This document shows positions 1 through 7,915 of a stretch of 32,000 nucleotides of DNA, piece after piece (within the stretch, counting starts at the first letter, position 1; every line of letters starts with the position of its first letter). Source of the stretch: an uncultured Erysipelotrichaceae bacterium (GTDB lineage: Bacteria; Bacillota_I; Bacilli_A; Erysipelotrichales; Erysipelotrichaceae); NCBI GenBank assembly GCA_942492995.1, contig OW818653.1:1740001-1772000 (forward strand). Reading direction: 5' to 3'. The notes under the pieces are model-generated. The model was not told the DNA's origin, did not search any database, and saw only the letters and a list, made by a program, of their open reading frames with translations. Made by a program: the position numbers and the translations under genes.

Positions 1-1
1 A

Positions 2-709
2 CCAGGAAGAATCAACTGTAATACAGGATTTATGTTTACAGGAGGCGCATTACGTTATATTCAGAATGTGGCGATGAAAGAAGAACTTCAAAAACGTTGT
101 CCAACTGATATCAGTATTGAGAATGATGGTAAATGTGCAGCACTTGCGGAATTATGGAAAGGATCGCTTAAAGATTCTGAACATGGTTTAGTTTTAACAT
201 TAGGAACTGGAATTGGTGGCGGTGTTATTGTGAATGGTAAACTACTTAGAGGGAATAACTTTGCGTCAGGTGAGTTATCAAGTTTCCCTACTACAATCTT
301 ACCGATTAATGATCCTGTAAATTTCTGGGCGAATATTAATGGAACACGTGGTTTAACACGCGTTTATGAAGAACGCAAAGGTTTAGATAAAGATTCAGTT
401 AATGGTAAAGCATTCTTTATCGCAGTGAATGATAATGATGAAGTTGCGATAAATGTATTAGAAGAATTTGCGTCTAATTTTGCGAATGCGATTTTTGCGA
501 TTCAAACTGTATTGGATACAGAAAAAGTAGCGGTTGGTGGAGGAATTAGTTCTCAAGATCGTCTAATTGAAGCGCTTAACCGAAAGGTATCTGATTTGTT
601 TGATTATTATGGTAAATATACGCCTATTTTAAAACCAGTCGTTGTACGTTGTGAGTTTGGGAATGATTCGAATTTAATTGGAGCACTCTATCATCACATA
701 TATGAATAA
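2..709 (+). CDS. ROK-family sugar kinase/regulator, C-terminal part (5' end outside window)
   Basis: The frame stays open from the window edge (PGRINCNTGF precedes the Met at 32). It carries the glycine-rich ROK motif LGTGIGGGVIVNGKL and C-terminal VGGGIS...NLIGAL. The stop at 707-709 is followed by a hairpin plus T-run. Confidence 0.8.
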   Translation, partial: PGRINCNTGFMFTGGALRYIQNVAMKEELQKRCPTDISIENDGKCAALAELWKGSLKDSEHGLVLTLGTGIGGGVIVNGKLLRGNNFASGELSSFPTTILPINDPVNFWANINGTRGLTRVYEERKGLDKDSVNGKAFFIAVNDNDEVAINVLEEFASNFANAIFAIQTVLDTEKVAVGGGISSQDRLIEALNRKVSDLFDYYGKYTPILKPVVVRCEFGNDSNLIGALYHHIYE

Positions 710-739
710 GACAAGCACATAATGGCTTGTCTTTTTTTT
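709..739 (+). terminator. Rho-independent terminator after the ROK gene
   Basis: agacaagc (709-716) pairs with gcttgtct (725-732) and is followed by ttttttt (733-739). Confidence 0.7.
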
Positions 740-747
740 ACTATTTA

Positions 748-879
748 CTATTCATCCCCATAATCTTCTTCTTGTGTTGGAACCTTCATGTCATTCGGAT
801 GTGAATCCTTAGAAAATGTCCCAACAATGATATAGAATAGTACGGGTATGAGTATAATCCAGAATATAAAGTCCCCCAT
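748..879 (-). CDS. Small membrane protein, 43 aa (below the ORF-track cutoff)
   Basis: Hand translation gives MGDFIFWIILIPVLFYIIVGTFSKDSHPNDMKVPTQEEDYGDE. ATG is at 879-877 and TAG at 750-748. A strong SD (caGGGGGGaactt) lies directly upstream. The product is one hydrophobic helix plus an acidic tail. Confidence 0.5.
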   Translation of the reverse strand: MGDFIFWIILIPVLFYIIVGTFSKDSHPNDMKVPTQEEDYGDE

Positions 880-1000
880 AAGTTCCCCCCTGTTTAATAT
901 AATACACCAAAATACTTGTATTGTAATAACAACTCGTCATTAATCTATACCGTTCATTTTTGGTGGATAATATGAGACTTTTTTTATTGAACACGATACA

Positions 1001-2194
1001 ATGCATAGTATGAAACAGGTTAAATTACACTATTCAATTGAGTTCATTAGTACATTACTAACCCAATGGGTTTTTACCTTAACACCCATCTATTATGTAT
1101 TGAAAGGTCAGTTCAATCCACTTCAACTTATACTGATCGGAGTTGTATTAGAATCAACGGTATTGTTGTTTGAAGTTCCAACTGGATATCTTGCGGATCG
1201 TAAGAGTCGTGTTCTATCGTTTGCGATTGGGTATGGTTTAATGGGATTAAGCTTTGGGATATTAGTGTATCAACCGAATTTTATCTTTAGTTTGATGTAT
1301 TCTTTCTTATTGGGCTTAGGTTATACCTTTGTGAGTGGTGCACAAACGGCATGGATATTAGATGAATCAGAAGAATCAACTCATCAAACAATCTTAATTA
1401 AGGCAAGTCAATATGGATCTATTGGAGGTATCGTTGGAATTGGTTTAGCGGTTATCATCTCGCTTAATACATCAATTGAAGCATCGATATTCATCTCTGG
1501 TTGTGGACTTGTGTTGTTAAGTTTAGGGATATTAGTGTTCGCAAAAGAAACGAACTATGTTAAACACAATAATGTTCATAGTAATGAATCAAATCTAATT
1601 ACACAAAGTATTAATCTAATAAAATCGAGTTCAATATTAAAATCATTAATCATAATTGCGCTATTCTATGGTTTTGCGAGTGAAGGGTTTGATCGTTTAT
1701 GGGGATTAAAAGTCTTTGGGTCGAATCAACTCACTGAGATTGAGAGTGTATGGGTCATTGGTGGTTTAACCGCAATCGTTTATTTTGTGCATGTGTTTAT
1801 GATGAAGATGATTGAAAATCGAGTTAAGAAACCAATACTATTTATTATTATCCTTAATTCAATCTTAGTATTTACCATAATACTCTTTGCGCAAAGCAGT
1901 ACTATTCCATTTCTTTTATTGTTTTATTCATTGAGTAGTACCTTACGTTCAATTAACTATCCAATGTTTAGTATATTAAACAATCAATACCTTGAATCAT
2001 ATGGTCGTGCTACACTCTTATCATTCTTTGGTCAAATGGATGCGTTAGGACAGATTGTAGGTGGACTCATAATCGGCTTCTTTGCGAATCAATATGGGGT
2101 TGAATGGGGATTGATCCTTACGGCTCTCTTACATTGTATGATTGTATATGCGCTTATTCGCTTTAACCAAATTAGACAAACAAAAAGCCAGTAA
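1001..2194 (+). CDS. MFS transporter (drug/H+ antiporter-like)
   Basis: 397 aa with about 12 hydrophobic segments and the MFS motif-A-like GYLADRKSR after TM2. The start could be Met 1001 or Met 1010. Confidence 0.8.
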   Translation: MHSMKQVKLHYSIEFISTLLTQWVFTLTPIYYVLKGQFNPLQLILIGVVLESTVLLFEVPTGYLADRKSRVLSFAIGYGLMGLSFGILVYQPNFIFSLMYSFLLGLGYTFVSGAQTAWILDESEESTHQTILIKASQYGSIGGIVGIGLAVIISLNTSIEASIFISGCGLVLLSLGILVFAKETNYVKHNNVHSNESNLITQSINLIKSSSILKSLIIIALFYGFASEGFDRLWGLKVFGSNQLTEIESVWVIGGLTAIVYFVHVFMMKMIENRVKKPILFIIILNSILVFTIILFAQSSTIPFLLLFYSLSSTLRSINYPMFSILNNQYLESYGRATLLSFFGQMDALGQIVGGLIIGFFANQYGVEWGLILTALLHCMIVYALIRFNQIRQTKSQ

Positions 2195-2205
2195 CGGCTT
2201 TTAAT
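2183..2205. terminator. Bidirectional hairpin between convergent genes
   Basis: aaaagcc (2183-2189) pairs with ggctttt (2196-2202). It overlaps the stop codons of the MFS gene (+) and the 84-aa gene (-). Confidence 0.5.
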
Positions 2206-2455
2206 TTGAATCGGTTGATTCTGTGTGTTCAGTGAATTCCACATCGATCACATCACCCATGTTTTTAGGTTTGGATGGTGTAGGTTCTTGTGTATATGTT
2301 CTAAATGTTTTTGGTCTAAAGCGTAATCCTCTGAACCAATAAATAATGAATCCAAAATAGATAATGTATCCAATTAATGGGTTAAACCGAAAGATTGTGT
2401 TTAAGATAAGATTTAATACAATAAAGTAAAGAATATATTTAAATAGTGAAATCAT
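2201..2455 (-). CDS. Small membrane protein (2 TM, Pro/Thr/Lys-rich acidic tail), function unknown
   Basis: 84-aa ORF with SD aaaggaac 5-6 nt before the ATG. It starts 11 nt downstream of the preceding gene, so the two are probably co-transcribed. Confidence 0.6.
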   Translation of the reverse strand: MISLFKYILYFIVLNLILNTIFRFNPLIGYIIYFGFIIYWFRGLRFRPKTFRTYTQEPTPSKPKNMGDVIDVEFTEHTESTDSN

Positions 2456-2466
2456 AGGTTCCTTTC

Positions 2467-2883
2467 TTAAGAACGTCTATCGAATGCGACATGACAATGT
2501 GGGCACGTTATTTCAATCTTGCCTCGACCTTTTGGCACACGAAGTGTACGATGACATCTTGGACATTGAACATGTTTGAATTGTTTCTGTGTTAAGTTTA
2601 GTTTAATGAGATTGTATCGTGTCTGTATAGGACGAATTAGACTCATAAACTTTAGATTTTCTTTTTGTCTAACGTATATTTTTTTAGAAAAAGCACGATA
2701 GAGTACGATTAAGCTTAATGCATAGACAATTCCAGTAATAATAAAGCTACGATTAAATACAATACCACCAATTAATGAAATTAATATAGAGGTAATAAGT
2801 AGAGCGAAGTTGAGTTGATCTGATCCATATCGTCCGCTCATAAAGCGATAAAGTGAATATTTAAGTTTCTGTAACATAGTCAT
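2467..2883 (-). CDS. Membrane protein with C-terminal zinc ribbon
   Basis: 138 aa. N-terminal YRFMSGRYGSDQLNFALL is followed by two TM helices. The C-terminus has CPRC...17 aa...CPHC (CxxC-N17-CxxC). Confidence 0.7.
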   Translation of the reverse strand: MTMLQKLKYSLYRFMSGRYGSDQLNFALLITSILISLIGGIVFNRSFIITGIVYALSLIVLYRAFSKKIYVRQKENLKFMSLIRPIQTRYNLIKLNLTQKQFKHVQCPRCHRTLRVPKGRGKIEITCPHCHVAFDRRS

Positions 2884-2991
2884 CTTTCTTGTTTAACAAT
2901 GCTCATCATAAATCCTCTGTCAACAATATACAAGTATTTTCATGATGAAAGTTTTGTCACAAATATGAAGATGAATGTTTTAGGAGAATGC

Positions 2992-3020
2992 TTGTTTCAC
3001 GCGTATCATAATGATAAAAT
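2992..3020 (+). promoter_or_regulatory. Candidate sigma-A promoter for the riboswitch-nrdDG transcript
   Basis: TTGTTT (2992-2997), 17-nt spacer, TAAAAT (3015-3020). Confidence 0.45.
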
Positions 3021-3034
3021 AAAACCACCAAAGA

Positions 3035-3185
3035 AGTTTAAGGTCACAATGTGTGAAAAGGGAAGTAGGTTAAATGCCTACACGGTCCTCGCCGCCGTAT
3101 AAGGGAGTCACCTTCATATGCCACTGTATTAACGGGAAGGCGAAGTGTGATGATAATCTTGAGTCGGAAGACCTGCCTTAAATGA
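3035..3185 (+). promoter_or_regulatory. Cobalamin (B12) riboswitch
   Basis: Conserved core strings are present: aaGGGAAgtaGGTtAAAtgCCtacaCGGTCCtcGCCgcCGTA, GCCACTGtattaacGGGAAGGC, and the B12 box AGTCGGAAGACCTGCC at 3162-3177. It lies in the 5' leader of nrdD. A weak candidate terminator lies at ggaagc (3195-3200) / gcttttt (3220-3226). The expression platform is not resolved. Confidence 0.8.
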
Positions 3186-3268
3186 ATGTGTGTTGGAAGC
3201 TTACGAGAGATAAGCATCGGCTTTTTATTATGCACATTTTCTCGGAATTTGGGTGGGAGAGGGACATT

Positions 3269-5518
3269 ATGCTAGAGTCAGTTATTAAAAGAGATGGAAG
3301 AAGAGTTGATTATAGTCTTGATCGTATTGTGTCTGCGATTGAAAAAGCAGAAAGACAAATGATTGAACATAGACCTTCTATTGCGCAAGAGATTGCGAAG
3401 AAAGTTGAAGTTAAACTTGAGTCGATGAATGTAGAATCAGTATCAATCGAGAAGATTCAAGATATCGTTATTAAGTGTTTGAAAGAGAATCAAGCTTTAG
3501 AATGTGCAAGTATCTATGAGAAGTATCGTAAAGAACGTACACATCAACGTGAAATTCGTGGTTCTTTAATGAAATCGATAGAAAAGATGACGTTCCAAGA
3601 GAATAGCGATGAAAAGCGTGAAAATGCGAACATTGATGGAAATACTTCCATGGGAATGATGTTGCAATATGGTTCGACTGTCTCAAAGAATTTTGCGAAA
3701 CACTTCTTATTAAAAGATGAACACAGTGATTTACATGATTCTGGTGCGATTCATATACATGATTTAGATTTCTATGCGATGGGGACATTAACCTGTTGCC
3801 AAATTGATTTATCAAAACTGTTTAACTCAGGATTTTCAACGGGTCATGGATCACTTAGAGAACCGAATGATATCAGTTCATATACAGCACTTGCGGCAAT
3901 CGCAATTCAATCCAACCAAAATGATCAACACGGTGGGCAGAGTATTCCTTCGTTTGATTATGATATGGCGGATGGTGTCCGTAAGACATTTAAGAAGTTA
4001 TTAGCGTATGATTCAGAAATATTAAGGGATGATTTATCTGAACTAGAGCTGACATTTATACAAGAATATACCTTAGAAGATTATAATCCAACGGTAGTGT
4101 TTGATACACCTAGACTTAATACATTGATTCATCGTGTGTATAAACAAACAATTAAGAAGACATACCAAGCGATGGAAGCTTTAATCCATAATCTTAATAC
4201 CATGCATTCTAGAGCTGGAGCACAAGTACCATTCTCAAGTTTAAACTTTGGGACGGATGTGAGTGTTGCGGGTAGACTAGTGAGTGAACAACTTCTTTTA
4301 GCGCATGAATCTGGATTAGGTAATCATGAAACTCCAATTTTCCCTATTCTTATCTTCAAGATAAAAGAAGGGGTGAATTTCGAAGAGAACAGTCCTAATT
4401 ATGATTTATTTCGATTAGCACTTAGAGTTAGTTCAAAACGTTTGTTCCCAAATTTTAGTTTCTTAGACGCACCATTTAATGCGAAATATTATCAAGCAGG
4501 AAAAGTCGAAACAGAAGTTACATACATGGGTTGTCGTACACGTGTAATTGGGAACCAATGTGGAATTGAACAAGTTAAAGGAAGAGGTAATTTATCTTTT
4601 ACAAGTATTAACTTAGTACGACTTGGAATATTACATGGAATCGTACAAGGTAAAGAAGCGAACTGGAATGAATTCTATTCTGCGCTTGATCATGTGTTAG
4701 ATTCTGTCCTTGATCAATTACTCATTCGATTAGCCTACCAAGCCAATAAGAAAGTTCGTAATTTCCCATTCCTTATGGGTCAAGGTATTTGGCAAGGTAG
4801 TCAAAGACTTGAGTTGGATGATTCTGTACAATCTGTATTAAGCCAAGGCACATTAAGTATTGGATTTATCGGTTTAGCTGAATGTTTAAAGGCAATGACT
4901 GGGTATCATCACGGTGAAAACAAAGATGCCCAACAAATGGGTTTAAGCATTATCAATCATATGTTTATCTATTGTGAATCTAAATCTAAACAATTAAATA
5001 TGAACATTAGTTTACTTGCGACACCTGCAGAAGGATTATCTGGACGTTTCACGATGATTGATCGCGAGAAGTTTGGAGTTCTAGAAGGAATTACAGATCG
5101 TGAATTCTATACGAATTCATTCCATGTGCCAGTACATTATAAATGCACTATGGAACATAAACTTTCGATAGAAGGTCCTTACCATGCGATTACTCCAGCT
5201 GGACATATTAGCTATGTTGAGATTGATGGCGACCCTAGTCATAACTTAGATGCGATGGAAGATATTGTACGTATGATGCGTAAGGCAAATATTGGCTATG
5301 GCTCTATTAATCATCCATTAGACCATGATCCTGTATGTGGATATCGTGGTGTCATTAAAGGCGATGTTTGTCCAAAGTGCAATCGTAATGAAAATGATGG
5401 GATAGCGTTTCAACGTATACGTAGAATTACAGGCTATTTAGTCGGAACACTTGATCGTTTTAATAAAGCTAAATTAGCGGAGGTAAATCAACGTGTCCAA
5501 CACCGTTCGATTGGCTAA
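3269..5518 (+). CDS. nrdD: Anaerobic ribonucleoside-triphosphate reductase (class III)
   Basis: N-terminal ATP-cone (VIKRDGRRVDYSLDRIVSAIEKA), a C-terminal Cys cluster (CGYRG...CPKC) and the glycyl-radical motif RIRRITGYLVG. The start is chosen at MLESVIKRDG, which follows SD gggagaggga. The 3182 start of the ORF track lies inside the riboswitch leader. Confidence 0.95.
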   Translation: MLESVIKRDGRRVDYSLDRIVSAIEKAERQMIEHRPSIAQEIAKKVEVKLESMNVESVSIEKIQDIVIKCLKENQALECASIYEKYRKERTHQREIRGSLMKSIEKMTFQENSDEKRENANIDGNTSMGMMLQYGSTVSKNFAKHFLLKDEHSDLHDSGAIHIHDLDFYAMGTLTCCQIDLSKLFNSGFSTGHGSLREPNDISSYTALAAIAIQSNQNDQHGGQSIPSFDYDMADGVRKTFKKLLAYDSEILRDDLSELELTFIQEYTLEDYNPTVVFDTPRLNTLIHRVYKQTIKKTYQAMEALIHNLNTMHSRAGAQVPFSSLNFGTDVSVAGRLVSEQLLLAHESGLGNHETPIFPILIFKIKEGVNFEENSPNYDLFRLALRVSSKRLFPNFSFLDAPFNAKYYQAGKVETEVTYMGCRTRVIGNQCGIEQVKGRGNLSFTSINLVRLGILHGIVQGKEANWNEFYSALDHVLDSVLDQLLIRLAYQANKKVRNFPFLMGQGIWQGSQRLELDDSVQSVLSQGTLSIGFIGLAECLKAMTGYHHGENKDAQQMGLSIINHMFIYCESKSKQLNMNISLLATPAEGLSGRFTMIDREKFGVLEGITDREFYTNSFHVPVHYKCTMEHKLSIEGPYHAITPAGHISYVEIDGDPSHNLDAMEDIVRMMRKANIGYGSINHPLDHDPVCGYRGVIKGDVCPKCNRNENDGIAFQRIRRITGYLVGTLDRFNKAKLAEVNQRVQHRSIG

Positions 5519-6005
5519 CATAACATCCAATAGTTCTGTGGATGGATTAGGGTTACGTACTGTTGTATGGTTTCAAGGTTGTGTACATAATTGTGTGGGA
5601 TGTCATAATCCGCAAACACATGATGTGAATGGTGGATATGAAATCGAGATTGATCAATTATTAAATGAGATTCGTGCATTAGGAAATAAGAAGATTACCT
5701 TCTCTGGTGGAGATCCGTTCTTACAGAACCAAGCTTTATATAATCTATGTGAAGTTCTAATTAAAGAGAATTATAATATTTGGATTTATACAGGTTATAC
5801 CATAGAAGACTTGATTAAACACCCTCTTAATCAATCGATATTAGAGTGTACGGATGTATTAGTCGATGGTAAGTTTATACAAGAATTAAAGGGGATTGAT
5901 AATATCTTTAAAGGATCATCAAACCAAAGAGTGATTAAACTAAAAACGTATTTTAAAACATTGAATTTAGAAGAATCGATTCTAACATTTAACTTTATGG
6001 AATAA
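5493..6005 (+). CDS. nrdG: Anaerobic ribonucleotide reductase activating protein (radical SAM)
   Basis: VWFQGCVHNCVGCHNPQTH carries the CxxxCxxC cluster. It uses a GTG start 9 nt after GGAGG (5479-5483) and overlaps the nrdD 3' end by 26 nt. Confidence 0.9.
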   Translation: MSNTVRLANITSNSSVDGLGLRTVVWFQGCVHNCVGCHNPQTHDVNGGYEIEIDQLLNEIRALGNKKITFSGGDPFLQNQALYNLCEVLIKENYNIWIYTGYTIEDLIKHPLNQSILECTDVLVDGKFIQELKGIDNIFKGSSNQRVIKLKTYFKTLNLEESILTFNFME

Positions 6006-6037
6006 AAAACTTCTTTGAAAAAATAAGAAGTTTTTTA
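6006..6037. terminator. Bidirectional rho-independent terminator (nrdG / convergent ATPase gene)
   Basis: aacttctt (6008-6015) pairs with aagaagtt (6025-6032). It is flanked by an A-run upstream and a T-run downstream. Confidence 0.7.
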
Positions 6038-6076
6038 ATAAGTACAGGTCAATAGTTATTAGGTGAAGTAAGGATA

Positions 6077-7483
6077 CTACTTATTTAGTGAGTCATACAA
6101 TTCTGTCATTTCGGTAAATGTCACAAGATTTATGTTTTTAAATTGAGCGGATCTTTCGATGCAGTTTTGAGTGAATCCTGTTTTGGAAAAAACAAAATAA
6201 TGGTTTTCTTGATAATTAAATAACTTACTTCTTTCGATTAATGTTTCTAATACACTTATATCTATTTTTTCATTAGTCCATTTACATTCACAGAAAATAG
6301 CGGAATTATTGTCAGAACAAATGATATCTATCTCAATTTCACACTTGTTTTTTGAATCATTTCCCCACCAACGGCCTAAACTTAAGAAGGTAAATGGAGC
6401 TAAGTTGTGAATGTTTAGTTGCCATAGATATTGTTTACATATTTCTTCGAATATTGAGCCCATATATGTATTTAATTGGTCGATTATAAGTTGATAAGTA
6501 GAATCAATTAAATCTTTTTGAATTATAGACATATTTGTTGGAATGAATCGATACCAAAATTTAAATAGATTATCTGAAATTAGATAGATAGTTTTGCGTG
6601 TAGAGGAATCGCCATATGGTGATTCTTTAATTATTATACCGAGAGATATTAAGTTACTTAGATACATAGAACAAGCACTTGTTTCAATCTGAACTTTTGA
6701 TGAAATTTCTGATAATTTAGTACTTCCTGTTGCGACTGCGGAAACAATCGCATTATAAATTGCAGGTTCACGTACTTCTTGAAGTAATAAATTTCTTGGT
6801 TCTTCAAACAAGTATGCATTTGGATTAAGTAATTTTTGTTTGATATTTTGTTCAAGTGTGATGGAATCGTCCATTTGATGTAAATACTGTGGTGTTCCAC
6901 CAATTATTCCATAAAGCATAGACATTTCAAAATCAGTGAAATTTGTAAAATACTGTCTACTTTCAAAGAAGTTAAAAGGGAGTATTTTAAACTGTGCTGT
7001 TCTTCTTCCGTAAAGAGGGCTGTTATAACCTAAAACGTGTTCTTCCATAAACGACATGGATGAACCACATAGGATAAGAAACAGTTTAGATGATTCTTTA
7101 TACTTATCGATTAGTAGTTGTAAGATAGACGCGATTGATTTTTCTGATTTAGCGAGATACGGATATTCGTCAATGATGAATATTATTCTTTTTTCTTCTG
7201 AAAGATTAAAAACATATTCAAATGCGGATTGATAAGATTCAAAAGTAGGGGATACAGTTAATCCCATTGTTAAACTAAAAATACTTTTACTCAAGTTTTC
7301 AAGATTTTGTTTAGAATTTGACTCAATTCCAGTAAAACTAATTGTAGTTTTTTGCTTAGAAAACTCATTCAAAAGTGTTGTTTTACCGACTCTCCTTCGA
7401 CCATAAACGACAGGAAATTGAAATTTATTTGTATTATAGAGTTTTTCTAATTCAAAAAGTTCCTTTTTTCGACCAATAAACAT
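6077..7483 (-). CDS. AAA-type ATPase with C-terminal DUF234 / PD-(D/E)xK-like module
   Basis: Walker A VYGRRRVGKTTLL and Walker B IIFIIDEYPYL. The C-terminal EIEIDIICSDNNSAIFCECKW has a D...ExK nuclease-fold pattern. SD aaaggag precedes the ATG. It is a monocistronic unit. Confidence 0.8.
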   Translation of the reverse strand: MFIGRKKELFELEKLYNTNKFQFPVVYGRRRVGKTTLLNEFSKQKTTISFTGIESNSKQNLENLSKSIFSLTMGLTVSPTFESYQSAFEYVFNLSEEKRIIFIIDEYPYLAKSEKSIASILQLLIDKYKESSKLFLILCGSSMSFMEEHVLGYNSPLYGRRTAQFKILPFNFFESRQYFTNFTDFEMSMLYGIIGGTPQYLHQMDDSITLEQNIKQKLLNPNAYLFEEPRNLLLQEVREPAIYNAIVSAVATGSTKLSEISSKVQIETSACSMYLSNLISLGIIIKESPYGDSSTRKTIYLISDNLFKFWYRFIPTNMSIIQKDLIDSTYQLIIDQLNTYMGSIFEEICKQYLWQLNIHNLAPFTFLSLGRWWGNDSKNKCEIEIDIICSDNNSAIFCECKWTNEKIDISVLETLIERSKLFNYQENHYFVFSKTGFTQNCIERSAQFKNINLVTFTEMTELYDSLNK

Positions 7484-7511
7484 TGTTGACTCCTTTCATA
7501 ACTAATATACG

Positions 7512-7549
7512 ATTTACTAAATTATACATTAGTAAATATATTCTTTCAA
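7512..7549 (-). promoter_or_regulatory. Near-consensus promoter of the ATPase gene with a palindrome centred on the -10 box
   Basis: On the minus strand: TTGAAA (7549-7544), 17-nt spacer, TATAAT (7526-7521). The inverted repeat ATTTACTAA-N8-TTAGTAAAT spans 7512-7537 and encloses the -10 hexamer. Confidence 0.55.
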
Positions 7550-7570
7550 TAATTCTTTTTTTCATTAAGA

Positions 7571-7593
7571 TTTTTAAAAAGGCTTTAAGCCTC
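7571..7593 (-). terminator. Terminator of the rmuC operon
   Basis: The minus strand reads aggcttaaagcct followed by ttttt, immediately after the stop at 7601. Confidence 0.55.
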
Positions 7594-7600
7594 TTATTGT

Positions 7601-7915
7601 TTATGCAAAATGTGTATTGCGTATCTTCCATTTCTGTAATGCGATACCAACCCAGAAACTATAGATACCTAATGTAATAATGATTAATAAGAACCATTTA
7701 ATCCAGTTCCCAAACAATCCAAGGGCAGTCCCATCGAATCGTAATCGTTTTCCTTCGATTACAGTATGATCTGCCATCCATTTAAGGTATATAACAATTG
7801 CCCATGGATAACAAATACCGAATGTTAATACAGTAATTAGGAATTCAAGGATACTGATACCGATTAAACCGAATAAGCCTCCATCAAAGTACGAATCATT
7901 CATCGGTTGGGTCAT
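7601..7915 (-). CDS. Small membrane protein, DUF898 (YjgN)-like repeat
   Basis: 104 aa. It has TFGICYPW and TLGIYSFW motifs separated by RLRFDG, the pattern I associate with DUF898. An alternative start at 7903 (MNDSY) is 11 nt after GAGGA. It overlaps the rmuC 3' end. Confidence 0.6.
   Translation of the reverse strand: MTQPMNDSYFDGGLFGLIGISILEFLITVLTFGICYPWAIVIYLKWMADHTVIEGKRLRFDGTALGLFGNWIKWFLLIIITLGIYSFWVGIALQKWKIRNTHFA

Noticed and set aside
809-1006. 65-aa minus-strand ORF in the ROK/MFS intergenic region
   Set aside because: It has no SD and an odd composition (Y/C/H rich). It overlaps the better-supported 43-aa ORF (748..879) in another frame and runs into the MFS start. It looks like a chance ORF in AT-rich DNA.
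2899-3235. ORFs 2899..3102 (+) and 3044..3235 (-) upstream of nrdD
   Set aside because: Both lie across the promoter and the cobalamin riboswitch, whose conserved RNA motifs explain the sequence. Neither has an SD.
3182-3268. Upstream Met at 3182 as the nrdD start (778-aa version)
   Set aside because: The extension (MNVCWKLTRDKHRLF...) lies in the riboswitch expression platform and is not ATP-cone-like. The Met at 3269 has a strong SD and begins the conserved ATP-cone.
3471-4004. ORFs 3471..3815 (-) and 3804..4004 (+) inside nrdD
   Set aside because: These are shadow or alternative-frame ORFs inside a confidently identified gene, with low-complexity H/N/S-rich translations.
6658-6903. 81-aa ORF in another frame within the ATPase gene
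   Set aside because: It is fully nested in the ATPase CDS on the same strand and has no independent signal.
7483-7677. 64-aa plus-strand ORF spanning the ATPase promoter and the end of the DUF898-like gene
   Set aside because: It covers a promoter, a terminator and the antisense of a CDS, and has no SD.
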